Assembly: GCA_030390025.1 (NCBI GenBank)
Contig: JASTWF010000035.1
Location: 1,426,001-1,490,000, forward strand
Length of the DNA stretch: 64,000 bases
Source: Squalus acanthias
Lineage: Eukaryota
Reading direction: 5' to 3'
Shown here: positions 24,339 to 37,523 of the stretch, in pieces
Numbering within the stretch: position 1 is the stretch's first letter
Layout of the letters: each line of letters opens with the position of its first letter
The notes under the pieces: model-generated
Told to the model about the DNA's origin: nothing
Database searches by the model: none
The model's input: only the letters and a program-made list of their open reading frames with translations
Position numbers and translations under genes: made by a program

Positions 24339-27300
24339 TAAGAACATAAGAAATAGGAGCAGGAGTAGGCCAATTGGCCCCTCGAGCCTGCTCCACCATT
24401 CAATAAGATCATGGCTGATCTGATCCTAACCGCCAATCTACTATCACAGAACCATCTCCTGAACCTAACAGAATTGGACACACGAAATAGGAGCAGGATC
24501 AGGCTACACGGCCCCGGGGCCCGCTACGCTACCCACAGGGCCATGACCGATCCGAACCTAGACTCATGTCCAAATTCCTGCACGCTCCCCGTAACCCTTA
24601 ATTCCCTTTACTTCTAGGAAACGGTCTATTTCTGTTTTAAATTTATGTAATGATGTAGCTTCTACAGCTTTTTGGGGCAGCATATTCCATGGACCTACCA
24701 CCCTCTGAGTGAAGTAGTTCCTCCTCATCTCAGTTTTGAAAGAGCAGCCCCTTATTCTAAGACTATGCCCCCTAGTTCTAGTTTCACCCATCATCGGGAA
24801 CATCCTCCCCGCATCCACCCGATCCAACCCCTTCACAATCTTATATGTTTCAATAAGATCGCCTCTCATTCTTCTGAACTCCAATGAGTAGAGTCCCAAT
24901 CTACCCAACCTCTCATCATATGTCCATCCCCTCATCCCCGGGATTAACCGAGTGAACCTTCTTTGTACTGACTCGAGAGCAAGTATGTCTTTTCTTAAGT
25001 ATGGACACCAAAACTGTATGCAGTATTCCAGGTGCGGTCTCACCAATACCTTGTACAACTGAAGCAATACCTCCCTATTTTTATATTCTATCCCCCTAGC
25101 AATGAAAGCCAACATTCCATTGGCCTTCTTAATCACTTGCTGCACCTGCATACTAACCTTTTGAGTTTCGTGCACCAGGACCCCCAGATCCCTTTGTACT
25201 TCAGTACTTTCCAGTTTCTTGCCATTAAGATAATAACTTGCTCTACTATTTTTCCTGCCAAAGTGCATAACCTCACACTTACCAGTATTGTATTCCATCT
25301 GCCAAATCTCTGCCCACTTACTTAGCCTGTCTATGTCCTCCTCACTCACTACTTTCCCTCCCATCTTAGTATCATCTGCAAACTTTGATATGTTACACTC
25401 GGTCCCCTCCTCCAAATCATTAATATAGATTGTAAAGAGTTGGGGACCCAGCACTGACCCCTGCGGAACACCACTAGTTACTGATTGCCAGTCTGAGAAT
25501 GAACCATTTATCCCAACTCTCTGCCTTCTGTTAGATAGCCAATCCTCTATCCATGCCAGAATATTACCCCAATCCCGTGATTTTTTATCTTAAGCAATAA
25601 TCTTTGTGTGGTACCTTGTCAAATGCCTTTTGGAAGTCTAAATACACCACATCCACTGGTTCCCCTTTATCCACCCTGTATGTTACTTCCTCAAAGAACT
25701 CCAGCAAATTTGTCAAACATGACTTCCCCTTCATAAAACCATGCTGACTTTGTCCTATTAAATTATGATTATCCAAATGTCCCGTTACTGTCGCCTTAAT
25801 AATGGACTCCAAAATTTTACCTACCACAGATGTTAGGCTAACCGGTCTATAGTTTCCAGCCTTCTGTCTGCTGCCCTTTTTAAATAAGGGTGTTACATTA
25901 GCAGTTTTCCAGTCTGCCGGGATCTTTGCTGAGTCCAGGGATTTTGGAAAATTATTACCAATGCATCCACAATCCCTACCGCCACTTCCCTCAAGACCCT
26001 AGGATGTAAGCCATCAGGTCCAGGTGATTTATCCGCCTTGAGTCCCATTATTTTACCGAGTACCACTTCCTTAGTGATTTTGATCGTGTTTAGCTCCTCC
26101 CCCCCCCTATAGCCCCCTGTTTGTCCAGTGTTGGGATATTCTTAGTGTCCTCTACTGTAAAGACTGATACAAAATATTCAGTGTATTTGCCATCTCCATA
26201 TTTCCCACCATTAATTTCCCGGTCTCATCCTCTAAGGGACCAACATTTACTTTAGCCACCCTTATTCTTTTTATATAACTATAAAAACTCTTACTATCTG
26301 TTTTTATATTTTTTGCTAATTTACTTTCATAATCTAGCTTCCCTTTCTTAATCAACCTTTTTGTTATTTTTTGCTGTCTTTTAAAGTTTTCCCAATCCTC
26401 TATCCTCCCACTAGATTTGGCTACCTTATAACCCTTGTTTTTAGTTGAATACTATCCTTAATTTCTTTACTTAGCCACGGATGACTGTCTTTTCTTTTAC
26501 ACCCTTTTCTTCTCAGTGGAATATATATTTTTTGGAAGTTGTAAAATAACTCCTTAAATGTACACCACTGATCATGTATCGTCTTACCCTTTAATCTATT
26601 TTCCCAATCCACTCTACTCAATTCCGCTCGCATACCTTCATAGTCTCCTTTATTCAAGCTTAGCACGCTTGTTTGAGATCCAACCTTCCCACCCTCTAAT
26701 TGAATATGGAATTCAACCATGTTATGGTCACTCATTCCAAGGGGATCCTTTACTAGGACATTTTTAATTAATCCTGTCTCGTTACACAGGACCAGATCCA
26801 AGGTTCCTTGCCCCCTGGTCAGTTCAGTTACATACTGCTCAAGAAACCCATCCCTAATACACTCAATGAACTCATCCTCAAGGCAGCCCTGCCCAATTTG
26901 ATTTATCCAATTAATATGATAGTTAAAATCCCCCATAATTATAGATGTTCCCTTATTACAAGCCTCAACTATTTCCTGATTGATACTCCGTCCAACAGAG
27001 TTGCAACTGTTTGGAGGCCTATAGACTACGCCCACTAGTGTTTTTTTCCCCTTATTATTCCTTATCTCCACCCAAACTGTTTCATTATCCTGATCTTTTG
27101 ACCCAATATCATTTCTCTGTATTACAGTGATTCCTTCCTTTATTAACATAGCCACCCCACCTCCCCTTCCTTCCTGCCTGTCCTTCCTGATCGTTAAATA
27201 ACCTGGTATGTTTAATTCCCTGGCATTGTCACCCTGCAGCCATGTTTCTGTAATGGCCACAAGATCATACCCATATGTAGTTATTTGTGCCATTAACTCG

Positions 27301-29390
27301 TCTATTTTGTTACGAATGCTACGTGCATTCAGATAGAGAACTTTCAATTATGTTTTGCGACACTTAGTTCCTGCTTTTGCCCTTTTTATTACTTTACCTT
27401 TTACTCCATACCTTCTGCCCCTTTCTGACACACTCTGGTTTTTAATTTCCCCACTGCTACCTAAGTCTATGACCTTCTCTGTTGTCATTTTTATTATTTG
27501 CTCTCTAGGAACCTTCCCCACTAGTTAGTTTAAAGCCCTCTCTACAGCCCTAGTTATATGATCCGCCAGGACTCTAGTCCCAGCACTGGCCAAGTGAAGC
27601 CCATCCCAACGGAACAGCTCCCTCCTGCCCCAGTACTGGTGCCAGTGTCCCAGGAAGCAAAACCCATTTCTCCCACACCAGTCTTTGAGCCACTCATTTA
27701 ACTCTCTAATTTTATTTGTCCTAGCCAAATTCGCTCGTGGCTCAGGTAATAATCCAGAGATTATTACCCTTGAGGTTCTGTTTTTTAATTTGACCCCGAG
27801 CTGCTCATATTCCTTTAACAGAACCGGCTTCCTTGTCCTATCTACGTCGTTTGTACCAACATGGACCACGACAACTGGATCCACCCCTCCCACTGCAAGT
27901 TTCTTTCCAGCCCAGAGGAGATGTCCTTAATCCTGGCACCGGGCAGGCAACACAGCCTACGAGACTCTCGCTCTCGGCTGCAGAGAACTCTATCTATCCC
28001 CCTAAAAATACTATCCCCTACCACTACAACATTTCTATTTACTCCCCCCTCTTGAATGGCCCCCCGTTCCACGGTGCTGTGGCCAGGTTGCTCATCCTCC
28101 CTGCAGTCCCTGCTCCTGTCCCCACAGGGAGTAAGAACCTCGAACTTGTTGGACAAGAGCAAGGGCTGCGGCTCCTCCAACACTACCTCCTGGATCCCCG
28201 TACCTGCCTCACTCGTAGTCACACCATCCTGTCCCTGACCATGGGCTACATCTGAATTAATTAACTTCATAGGTGTGACCACCTCCTGAAACACAGAGTC
28301 CAGGTACTTCTCCCCCTCCCTGATGTGTCGCAGTGTCTGAAGCTCAGACTCCAGCTCATCAACACAGAGCTGGAGTTCCTGTAGCAGCAGACACTTGTCA
28401 CAGATGTAATCACTGTGAGCCTCAATGGGGTCCACCAGCTCCCACATCTCGCAACAGTAACACATCACCTGCTCCATTCTATGTAATTAATTAAATTTCT
28501 TTATTGTTAGTTATGGACACTCTCTGCCCGATTATAGATGCTAGTATTCCCTCTAATTAATTGGATTTAAATTAAATCAATCCCTCTAAATTACACCAGT
28601 TAAATGGTTTACCAACAGTCACTCTGCACCAGAAAGGCCTTATTAACTACAACCCAAAGCATTAAAGTTTGAAAAGAGCACCCCACTCACCCGAACTCAC
28701 ACTTACCCAAACTCAGCACTCTCTGCTGACTCGCACTAGCACTGGTCTTTTTATACTGTTTGTTTGTTTACAGCCAAATGAGTCACCCCTGCTGATTGAT
28801 TAGAAAACTGCTTTCCACTGCCTGCTGTGCCAATTTACTCCTACTGCAGTGTAACCTTTTTTTACTCTTCTTACTCTTTTGATGTAAACCAATCAATTAT
28901 CTGTAACTAAATAAAACTTTAAAGGAAACTTAACAAATTAAATTAAAATTTGGTAGTCCGGGATGACGATGCACTCCAGTCCCCGCGGCGCCCACCGGTC
29001 GCGGAAAAACGCAAGCGTGCCGGCGGACACCGCGTGCTCCATCTCCAGGGCCACCCGGGCGCGAACATGGCCGCGGAAGAGAGGCAGTCAATCGGGCCGA
29101 ACGACCCCCTCGACCGCCCGCTGCCTGGACCAATTAATGGCTTTCTTAGCCAGGCCCAGGAGCAGTCCCACGAGGAGGTCCTCCGACCTGCCCGCTCCCC
29201 TCCGCACCGGGTGTGTTTTACTCTTCTTAAACCAACAGTATCCCAAATATTTAACTTTTCCCCTTCACTTAAACTGCTTAAGTACTCTTATCAAGAACGA
29301 TTTAAAGAGAACTAACAATTAAAGAACTCTCACACTTACCCAAACTCAGCACTCTCTGCTGACTCGCACTCAGTGCTTGCTCGCACTAGC
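24339..29390 (-). mobile_element. Full-length CR1, ~5.05 kb, ORF1 and ORF2 frameshifted
   Basis: TSD aatca (24334-24338 and 29391-29395); 5' UTR; ORF1 28477-27525; ORF2 ~27347-24564. Confidence 0.95.
27525..28477 (-). pseudogene. CR1 ORF1: zinc finger/leucine zipper plus SGNH esterase
   Basis: CYCCEMW...CDKC, VVGDSIFRG, VHVGTND, DGLHL; one frameshift. Confidence 0.9.
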
Positions 29391-31094
29391 AATCACTGAA
29401 AGTTAACATGCAGGTACAGCAAGCAATTAGGAAAGCAAATGGTATGTTGGCCTTTATTACAAGAGTATTTGAGTATAAGGGTAAAGACATCTACTGCAAT
29501 TATATAGGGCCCTGATGAGACCACACCTGGAGTACTGTGTACAGTTTTAATCTTACCTAAGGAAGGATATACTTGCCATAAAGGGAGTGCAATGAAGGTT
29601 CACCAGACTGGTTCCTGGGATCGGGGATTGTCCTATGAGGACAGATTGAGTAGACTAGGCCTATATTCTCGAGAGTTTATAAGAATGAGAGGTGATCTCA
29701 TTGAAACATACAAAATTCTTACAGGGCTTGACAGGGTAGATGCAGGGAGGATGTTTCCCCTGGCTGGGGAGTCTAGAACCAGGGGTCACAGTCTCAGAAT
29801 AAGGGGTTGGCCAATTAGAACTGAGATGACGAGAAATTTCATCACTCGGAGGATGGTGAATCTTTGGAATTCTCTACCCCAGAGGACTGTGGAGGCTCAG
29901 TCGTTGAGTATATTCAAGAGAGAGATTGATAGATTTTTTGAATATTAAGGGAATCAAGGGATAAGGGGATAGTGCAGGAAAGTGAAGATGAGGTAGAAGA
30001 TCAGCCATGATCTTATTGAATGGCGGAGCAGGCTCGAAGGGCCAAATGGCCGACTCCAGCTCCTATTCCTTATATTCTTATCCAAACCGTCATAATCTTG
30101 TACACCTCGATCAAATCTCCCCTCAACCTCCTTTGCTACAAGAACAACCACCCCAGCTTCTCCAACCAAACCTTGCAGCTAAAATCCCTCATCCCTGGAA
30201 CTAATCTGGTAAATCTCCTCTGCACCCTCTGAAGGACCTTCACATCCTTCCTAACGTGTGGTGACCAGAACTGGGCGCAATACTCTATTTGTGGCCTAAC
30301 CAGAGCTTTGTAAAGGTTCAGCATAAATTCCCTGCATTTGTACTCAATACCTCAGTCATAACGGCACAGAAGGAGGTCATTCGGCCCATCGAGTCTGTGC
30401 CAGCTCTCTGTAGAGCAATCCAGTCAGTCCCATTCCCCCGCTCTATCCCTGTAGCCCTGCAAGTTTATTTCCCTCAAGTGCCTATCCAGTCTCCCCTTGA
30501 AAACATTGAGTGTCTCCGCTTCCACCACTTCCGTCGGCAGCGAATTCCAGGTCATCACCACTCGCTGTGTAAAAAGTTTTTCCTCACATCCCCCCTGTAT
30601 CTCTTGCCCAAAACCTTAAATCTGTGTCCCATAGTCCTTGGTCCATCAACTAGTGGGAACATCCTTTCCCCGTCGAGCCTATCCAAACCAATCATAATCT
30701 TGTACACCTCGATCATGAAGCCCAAGATCCCATATGCTTTGCTAACTACTCTCTCAATATGTCCTGCCACCTTCAGGGACCTATGCACATTAACTCCCAG
30801 GTCCCTTTGTCCCTGCACACTCTTTAGAACTGTGCCATTAAATGTATATTGCCTTTCCCTATCCCTTCTGCCAAAATGCATCACCTCACACTTCTCTATT
30901 AAATTCCATCTGCCACTTGTCTGCCCATTCTGCTAGCCTTTCTATGTCCTGTTGCAGTCGATTGGTATCGTCCTCACTGTTTGCCACACCCCCAAGTTTG
31001 GTGTCATTGGCAAATTTTGAAATTTTAAAGCTGCTGTCTTTCAGTGGGGGAGACTGCAAATGGCCTTGTAGGACGACCTCGAGCAACTCTGCGC

Positions 31095-32793
31095 CTAGAA
31101 GGCCTGTCTGCAGACTGCACCACCTCGGCAAGGGTGGAGTCTGGGCTGGCTGACAGGCAACAGCAAGGGCACTGGCGGAGTGGCAGTGGTGGGAGGACGA
31201 ATGCTGTCATCTTGAGAGGGAACAGCAGGTTCGTGCTCCATGGAGCCACTGCCACTCCCCCGGGGCGGCGCCTCAGCATTCCTAGTAATCTGTTGGAGGA
31301 CAGTTTGCTGGACTGCTGTGACACCCTGCAAGCCCCTTTCCACACTGGTAAACACAGCCACGATGGCAGCAAGCTGAGCTTGCATGAGGAGCAGTCTGAG
31401 CTTCCATGACAGAAGTCTGAGCTTCCACTGCAGCACTCAGACATTGGGTGGCTTCTGCTTGTGCTGCAATAAAAGCTGAGAGATCGGCCATCAGACGCTG
31501 CATCATGGCTGGGTCCACAAGTGCGCTAATGGAGTTGCCCATCACTTCCATGCTGGAAAGGATGGGCTCCAAACTCTGCGCAAAGCCCTCTGCAAGGTGG
31601 GTGCCGGACTCCTCCATGCTCCTTGACATTGCACACAGGCTTTCTGGCAGGCCTGCCAATGCACCAAGCATTTCATTGTGTATACCCATCAGCCTTCTTC
31701 TGTAGGCCGCCCCATCGAAGACCTCATCTGAGTCCTCTGCAGCAGAACTTGTGTGCGATCTCGCCCTCCGGGGAGCTGGCACCTGTGCTTCCCCGTTCTC
31801 CCTGCCCTGGCTGCAGTCCACTCGTGCCCGGTGACTCACGTTCAGATCCCGCCTCTAACCAATGTTCTGAACTACGTGGAGTGTCAGTATCTGAGCTGGT
31901 GGCTGCGAGTGTGAAATCGAGTGATGGTGCTGTGTCTTCTTCATCAGTGCCTTGGTGCTCTTCAATATCGTGCTCCTCCACCAGTGCCTGGCCAGGTGGC
32001 AGTTCTTGGCTATCTGACAGGAGAAAGGCACAGGGTAAGGTTGTGGTGCGGGGGAGTGGGGAAAGTCAGAGGTGCATACTGATACCACCTGCAGCTTGTA
32101 AATCAGAAGCGACTGAGGGATGAGGGGGAAGTGCGATCTGAGGAGGATTATATGCGAGGATACTGGCATCTAGTAATCTTTCAGCCCCGCCGCTGGCCAC
32201 AGGCTCAGCGATGGCCCTCCCAGTCTCCTCCATCGGGGTCAGGTTATTCAGGTGCGTCTGTCCCCCGCTGGTTAGGTCCTGCTGGCGCCGGTTGTGAGCC
32301 ATGTTGTCCTGCAAGAGAAGGTTAATCTGCCTGTCATAATTGAATTGCTGACAGTGTGTGCAAGCTGTGAGCTGTAAGTGTGAGGCTTGCAGCAGTGGTA
32401 AGTGTGAGGGTGAGGTGAAGCTATGAATGTGAGGTATGAGTCATGTTTGGTGGAGATTGTTGGTGAGTGATGGGGTGTGGTGCTTTGAGCAGTGTGTGAG
32501 GCTAGTGGTGCAGATTGTAGGATATGGCATTTGAAGATGAATTCAGTGACCTTGACCACTCGTGTGAGGTCACTAAGCTTCTTCCTGCACTGTGTCCAGG
32601 TAGTCGGGGCTATATTGCTGGCATTCACCAGAATGGCTATCCGCATACATTGGATTTTAGGCATTTGCCTGGAGGGCCTCCTGGCCCACTGTGGAAAAAG
32701 GATCTCTCTCCTCATGTTCACCTCCTCCATCAAGGTATCCAGTGCTGCTTTGGAGAACCTTGGAGCCCACTCTCTGCCCTGTTGTGACATCAT
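31095..32793 (-). pseudogene. Three-exon Harbinger Myb/SANT-like (NAIF1/MSANTD-type) gene, decayed
   Basis: Exon 1 32793-32551 (APRFSKAALDTLMEEV...WTQCRKKLSDL), exon 2 32308-32164, exon 3 from 32013; GT-AG introns with matching phases; frameshifts in exon 3. Confidence 0.8.
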
Positions 32794-33099
32794 TGATTTT
32801 TTTCCTCTCTCTCGCTTCGCCAGCCAGTTGAATGCAGACAGAAAGCACCTCACCTTTAAGAGGTGCAGATTGCTTTTAAGAAGTGCATGCTAGGTTTAAT
32901 TGGTGCAAGCCTTGCATGAACTTGGGCCCCTGCTGAGCACTCAGCAGCACGTTCAGCCTGCATTACTTTGAACCGGCGCAGGTTGATCACGCATCGCAAT
33001 CCCTGCACCTGTTTTCTGTAGCAAATTAATTTTTAGTCTTAAGGATGTAGCAAAAGGTTGACCGAATGATTTTGATAAGCTATGGGATTGGGAAGATAA

Positions 33100-34093
33100 A
33101 TGGTAGGGCCAGCATTTATTACCCATCCCATTGTGCCTTGAGAAGGCGAGCTGCCTTCTTGAACCGCTGCAGTCCGTGTGGTGAAGGTACTCCCACAGTG
33201 CTGTTAGGGAGGGAGTTCCAGGATTTTGACCCAGCAACGATGAAGAATCGGCGATATATTTCCAAGTCAGGATGGTGTGTGACTTGGAGGTGGTGGTGTT
33301 CCCATGCGCCTGCTGCCCTTGTCCTTCTAGGCGGTAGAGGTCACGGGTTTGGGAGGTATTTTTGAAGAAGTCTTGGCGAGTTGCTGCAGTGCATCTTGTA
33401 GATGGTAAATACTGCTGCCATGGAGCGCCAGTGGTGGAGGGAATGAATGTTTAAGATGGTCGATGGGGTGCCAATCAAGCGGGCTGCTTTGTACTGGATG
33501 GTGTCGAGCTTCTTGAGTGTTGTTGGAGCTGCACTCATCCAGGCAAGTGGAGAGTATTCCATCACACTCCTGACTTGTGCCTTGCAGATGGTGGAAAGGC
33601 TTTGGGGAGTCAGGAGGTGAGACACTCGCCGCAGAATACCTAGCCTCTGACCTGCTCTTGTTGCCACAGTATTTATGTGGCTGGTCCAGTTAAGTTTCTG
33701 ATCAATGGTGACCCCCAAGACGTTGATGGTGGGGGATTCGGGGATGGTAATCCCGTTGAATGTCAAGGGGAGGTGGCTGGCCTCTCTCTTGTTGGAGATA
33801 GTCATTGCCTAGCACTTGTGTGGCACAAATGTTACTTACCACTTATCAGCCCAAGCTTGAATGTTATCCAGGTCTTGCTGCATGCGGGCATGGACAGCTT
33901 CATTATCTGAGGAGCTGCCAATGGCGCTGAACACTGTGCAGTCATCAGCGAACATCCCTATTTCTGACCTTATGATGGAGGTAAGGTCATTGATGAAGTA
34001 GCTGAAAATGGTTGGGCCTAGGACACTGCCTTGAGGAACTCCTGTAGCAATGTCCTGGGGCTGTGATGACTGGCCTCCAACAACCACAACCAT
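33100..34093 (-). mobile_element. 5'-truncated LINE of the second CR1/L2-group family
   Basis: [10 protein letters not shown]...MFADD; LGVTIDQKLNWTSHI...VRSVMEYS. Confidence 0.9.
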
Positions 34094-34339
34094 AAAGGGT
34101 TTTGATAGAGTAAATAATGAAAAATTGTTTCCAGTGGCAGAAGGGTTGGTAACCAGAGGACAGAGATTTATTTTTTAATAAATAGATGACAAAATATTTT
34201 TTTTTTTACTAGTTGTGATCTGGAATGCACTGCCTGAAAGGGCAGTGAAAGCAGATTCAATAGTAACTTTCAAAAGGGAATTGGATAGATACTTGAAGGG
34301 GAAAAATTTTCAGTTACATAGGGAAAGGGCAGGGTAGTG

Positions 34340-34700
34340 GCACTGTGGCTAGAGTGTGTACCATCTACAAAATGCACTGCAGCAACTCGCCAAGGCTTCT
34401 TCAACATCACCTCCCAAACCCGCGACCTCTTCCACCTAGAAGGACAAGGGCAGCAGGCACATAAGAACACCACCACCTCCAAGTTCCCCTCCTAATCACA
34501 CACCATTCTGACTTGGAAGTATATCGCCGATCCTTCATCGTCGCTGGGTCAAAATCCTGGAACTCCCTCCCTAACAGCACTGTCACCACACGGACTGCAG
34601 CGGTTCAAGAAGGCGGCTCACCACCACCTTCTCAAGGGCAATTAGGGATGGGCAATAAATGCTGGCCTTGCCAGCGACGCCCACATCCCAGGAACGAATG
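34340..34700 (+). mobile_element. 3' fragment of the same family; preceded by a CR1 3' fragment at 34095-34330
   Basis: Reverse complement of 33100-33430. Confidence 0.8.
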
Positions 34701-34707
34701 ATAAAGA

Positions 34708-35005
34708 AAGGACAATAACAGTCCCCACAATAATGGTTTAGGATTCAGGAGATTAGGAAGCTGAAGATTTTTCAACTGTACCTCCGTGTATGAACCATAT
34801 CCTGGTCGAACACAAACAAAACTTTTTCCTGTACGACCTTGAGAAAGAAAAGAATCGTAATCATCAGAAGTGAACATCAGCCCATCAGCAGCCCCTCATC
34901 TCTCCTCACAGGCAGTTACAACGGCAACTGGCCCAATAAATGTAGCCACCATCTTTAAACTTATGCAGGAAGAGTGAGAGTGGAGCAAGGGGGCGGGAGG
35001 CTGCA
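34708..35005 (-). repeat. Diverged inverted copy of ~1078-1365
   Basis: gaagatttttcaactgtacctccgtgtatgaaccat matches the reverse complement of 1269-1305. Confidence 0.88.
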
Positions 35006-35450
35006 CCAACCCAACAACTTGCATTTATATAGCACCTTTAACATAGTGAAATGTTCCAAGGCGCTCACAGGGACGTTATCAAACAAATAAGACAGAAGGA
35101 GATATTAGGACAGCTGGCCAAAAGTTTGGTCAAAGAGGCAGGTTTTAAGCAGCATCTTAAAGGAGAGAGCAGTAGAGAAGTGGAGATATTTCATAGAATC
35201 ATAGGAATTTATGGCGCAGAAGGAAGCCATTCGGCCCATCGTGTCTGTGCCGGCCGAAAAAGAGCGATCCAGCCTAATCCCACTTTCCAGCTCTTGGGTC
35301 CGTAGCCCTGTAGGTTACGACACTTCAAGTGCATATCCAAGTACTTTTTAAATGTGATGAGGTTCTCTGCCTCTACCACCCTTTCATGCAGTCAGTTCCA
35401 GACCCCCAACACCCTCTGGGTGAAAAAACTTCTCCTCAACTCCCTCTAAT

Positions 35451-37523
35451 GAACTGCAGAATTTGTTCATCCCAGTTTGGCATAAAAATAAAACAAAAAA
35501 GGTGACTCAACCGTGGCTAACAAGGGAAATTAGGAATAACATAAGATCCAAGGAGAGGACATATAAATTGGCCAGAAAAAGCAGTAAACCTGAGGATTGG
35601 GAGCAGTTTAGGATTCAGCAAAGGAGGACAAAGGGATTAATTAAGAAGGGGAAAATAGAGTATGAGAGTAAACTTGCAGGGAACATAAAAACTGACTGTA
35701 AAAGCTTTTATAGATATGTGAAGAGAAAAAGATTGGTGAAGTCAAACGTAGGTCCCTTGCAGTCAGAATCAGGGGAATTTATAATGGGGAACAAAGAAAT
35801 GGCAGACCAATTAAATACATACTTTGGTTCTGTCTTCACAAAGGAGGACACAAATAAACTCCCAGAGATGTCGGGGAACATAGGGTCTAATGAGAGGGCG
35901 GAACTGAAAGAAATCAGTATTTGTAGGGAAATGGTGTTAGCAAAATTGACGGGATTGAAGGCCGATAAATCCCCAGGGCCTGATAATCTACATCCTAGGG
36001 TACTTAAGGAAGTGGCCCTAGAAATAGTAGATGCATTGCTGGTCATCTACCAAAATTCGATAGATTCTGGAACAGTACCCATGGATTGGAGGGTAGCTAA
36101 TGTTACTCCACTATTCAAAAAAGGTAGTAGAGAGAAAACGGGGAATTATAGACCGATAAGCCTGACATCGGTAGTGGGGAAAATGCTAGAGTCCATTATA
36201 AAAGATGTAATAGCAGAGCACTTGGAAAACAGTGACAGGATTGGACAAAGTCAACATGGATTCACAAAAGGTAAATCATGCTTGACTAATCTACTGGAAT
36301 TTTTTGAAGATGTAACTGGTAAAATAGATAAGGGAGAACCAGTGGATGTGGTGTATTTGGACTTTCAGAAGGCTTTCGATAAGGTCTCGCGTAAGAGATT
36401 AGCGTGTAAAGTTAAGGCACATGGGATTGCGGGCAAGGTATTGACTTGGATAGAGAACCGGTTGTCAGACAGGAAGCAAAGAGTTGGAATAAATGGCTCT
36501 TTTTCCGACTGGCAGGCAGTGACTAGTGGGGTACCGCAGGGATCGGTCCTAGGACCCCAGCTATTCACAATATATATTAATGATCTAGACGAGGGAACTA
36601 GATGTAATATCTCCAAGTTTGCAGACGACACAAAGGTGGGTGGGCGTGTGTGCTGTGAGGAGGATGCCGAAAAACTCCAGTATGATTTGGACAGGTTGGG
36701 TGATTGGGCAGAATCATGGCAGATGCATTATAATGTGGATAAATGCGAGGTTATCCACTTTGGTGTCAAAAACGGGAAGGCAGATTATTATCTGAATGGC
36801 AATAGATTGGGAGAAGGGGAAGTGCAACGAGACCTGGGTGTCCTTGTGCACCAGTCGCTGAAGGTAAGCATGCAGGTGCAGCAGGCGGTTAAGAAGGCAA
36901 ATGGTATGTTGGCCTTCGTAGCGAGAGGGTTCGAATACAGGAACAAGGATGTCTTGCTGCAGTTGTACAAGGCCTTGGTGAGACCACACCTTGAGTATTG
37001 TGTGCAGTTTTGGTCGCCTTATCTGAGGAAGGATGTTCTTGCCATGGAGGGAGTGCAGCGAAAATTCACCAGGCTGATACCTGGGATGGCAGGAATGACG
37101 TATGAGGAGAGATTGGGTCGATTGGGCTTATACTCGCTGGAGTTTAGAAGAATGAGAGGGGATCTCATTGAAACTTATAAAATTCTAACAGGACTAGACA
37201 GACTAGATGCAGGAAGGATGTTCCCGATGGTCAGGGAGTCCAGAACCAGGGGTCACAGTCTAAGGATAAGGGGTAAGCCATTTAGGACAGAGATGAGGAG
37301 GAATTTCTTCACCTAGAGAGTGGTGAACCTGTGGAATTCTCTACCACAGAAGGCAGTGGAGGCCAATTCATTAAATATATTCACGAAGGAGTTGGATATA
37401 TTTCTTAAGGCTAAAGGGATGAAGGGATATGGGGAAAAGGCAGGGACAGGGTACTGAATTTGGATGATCAGCCATGATCTCATTGAATGGCCTACTCCTG
37501 CTCCTATCTTCTATGTTTCTAAT
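35451..37523 (+). mobile_element. 5'-truncated young CR1 with 617-aa RT frame ending at a premature TAG
   Basis: ORF 35463-37316; TSD tctaat. Confidence 0.95.

Larger units (their letters stand above)
18380..30076 (+). mobile_element. CR1 (EN+RT pseudogene) with internal duplication and five nested insertions
   Basis: NARS...ETW...GDFN...SDHN endonuclease motifs; RT motifs; 3' end 29391-30076. Confidence 0.9.
18098..31025 (-). mobile_element. CR1 host in pieces (18098-18379, 30077-30350, 30714-31025), with a related 3' fragment at 30351-30713
   Basis: 3' end at 18098; ORF2 resumes colinearly at 30077. Confidence 0.7.
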
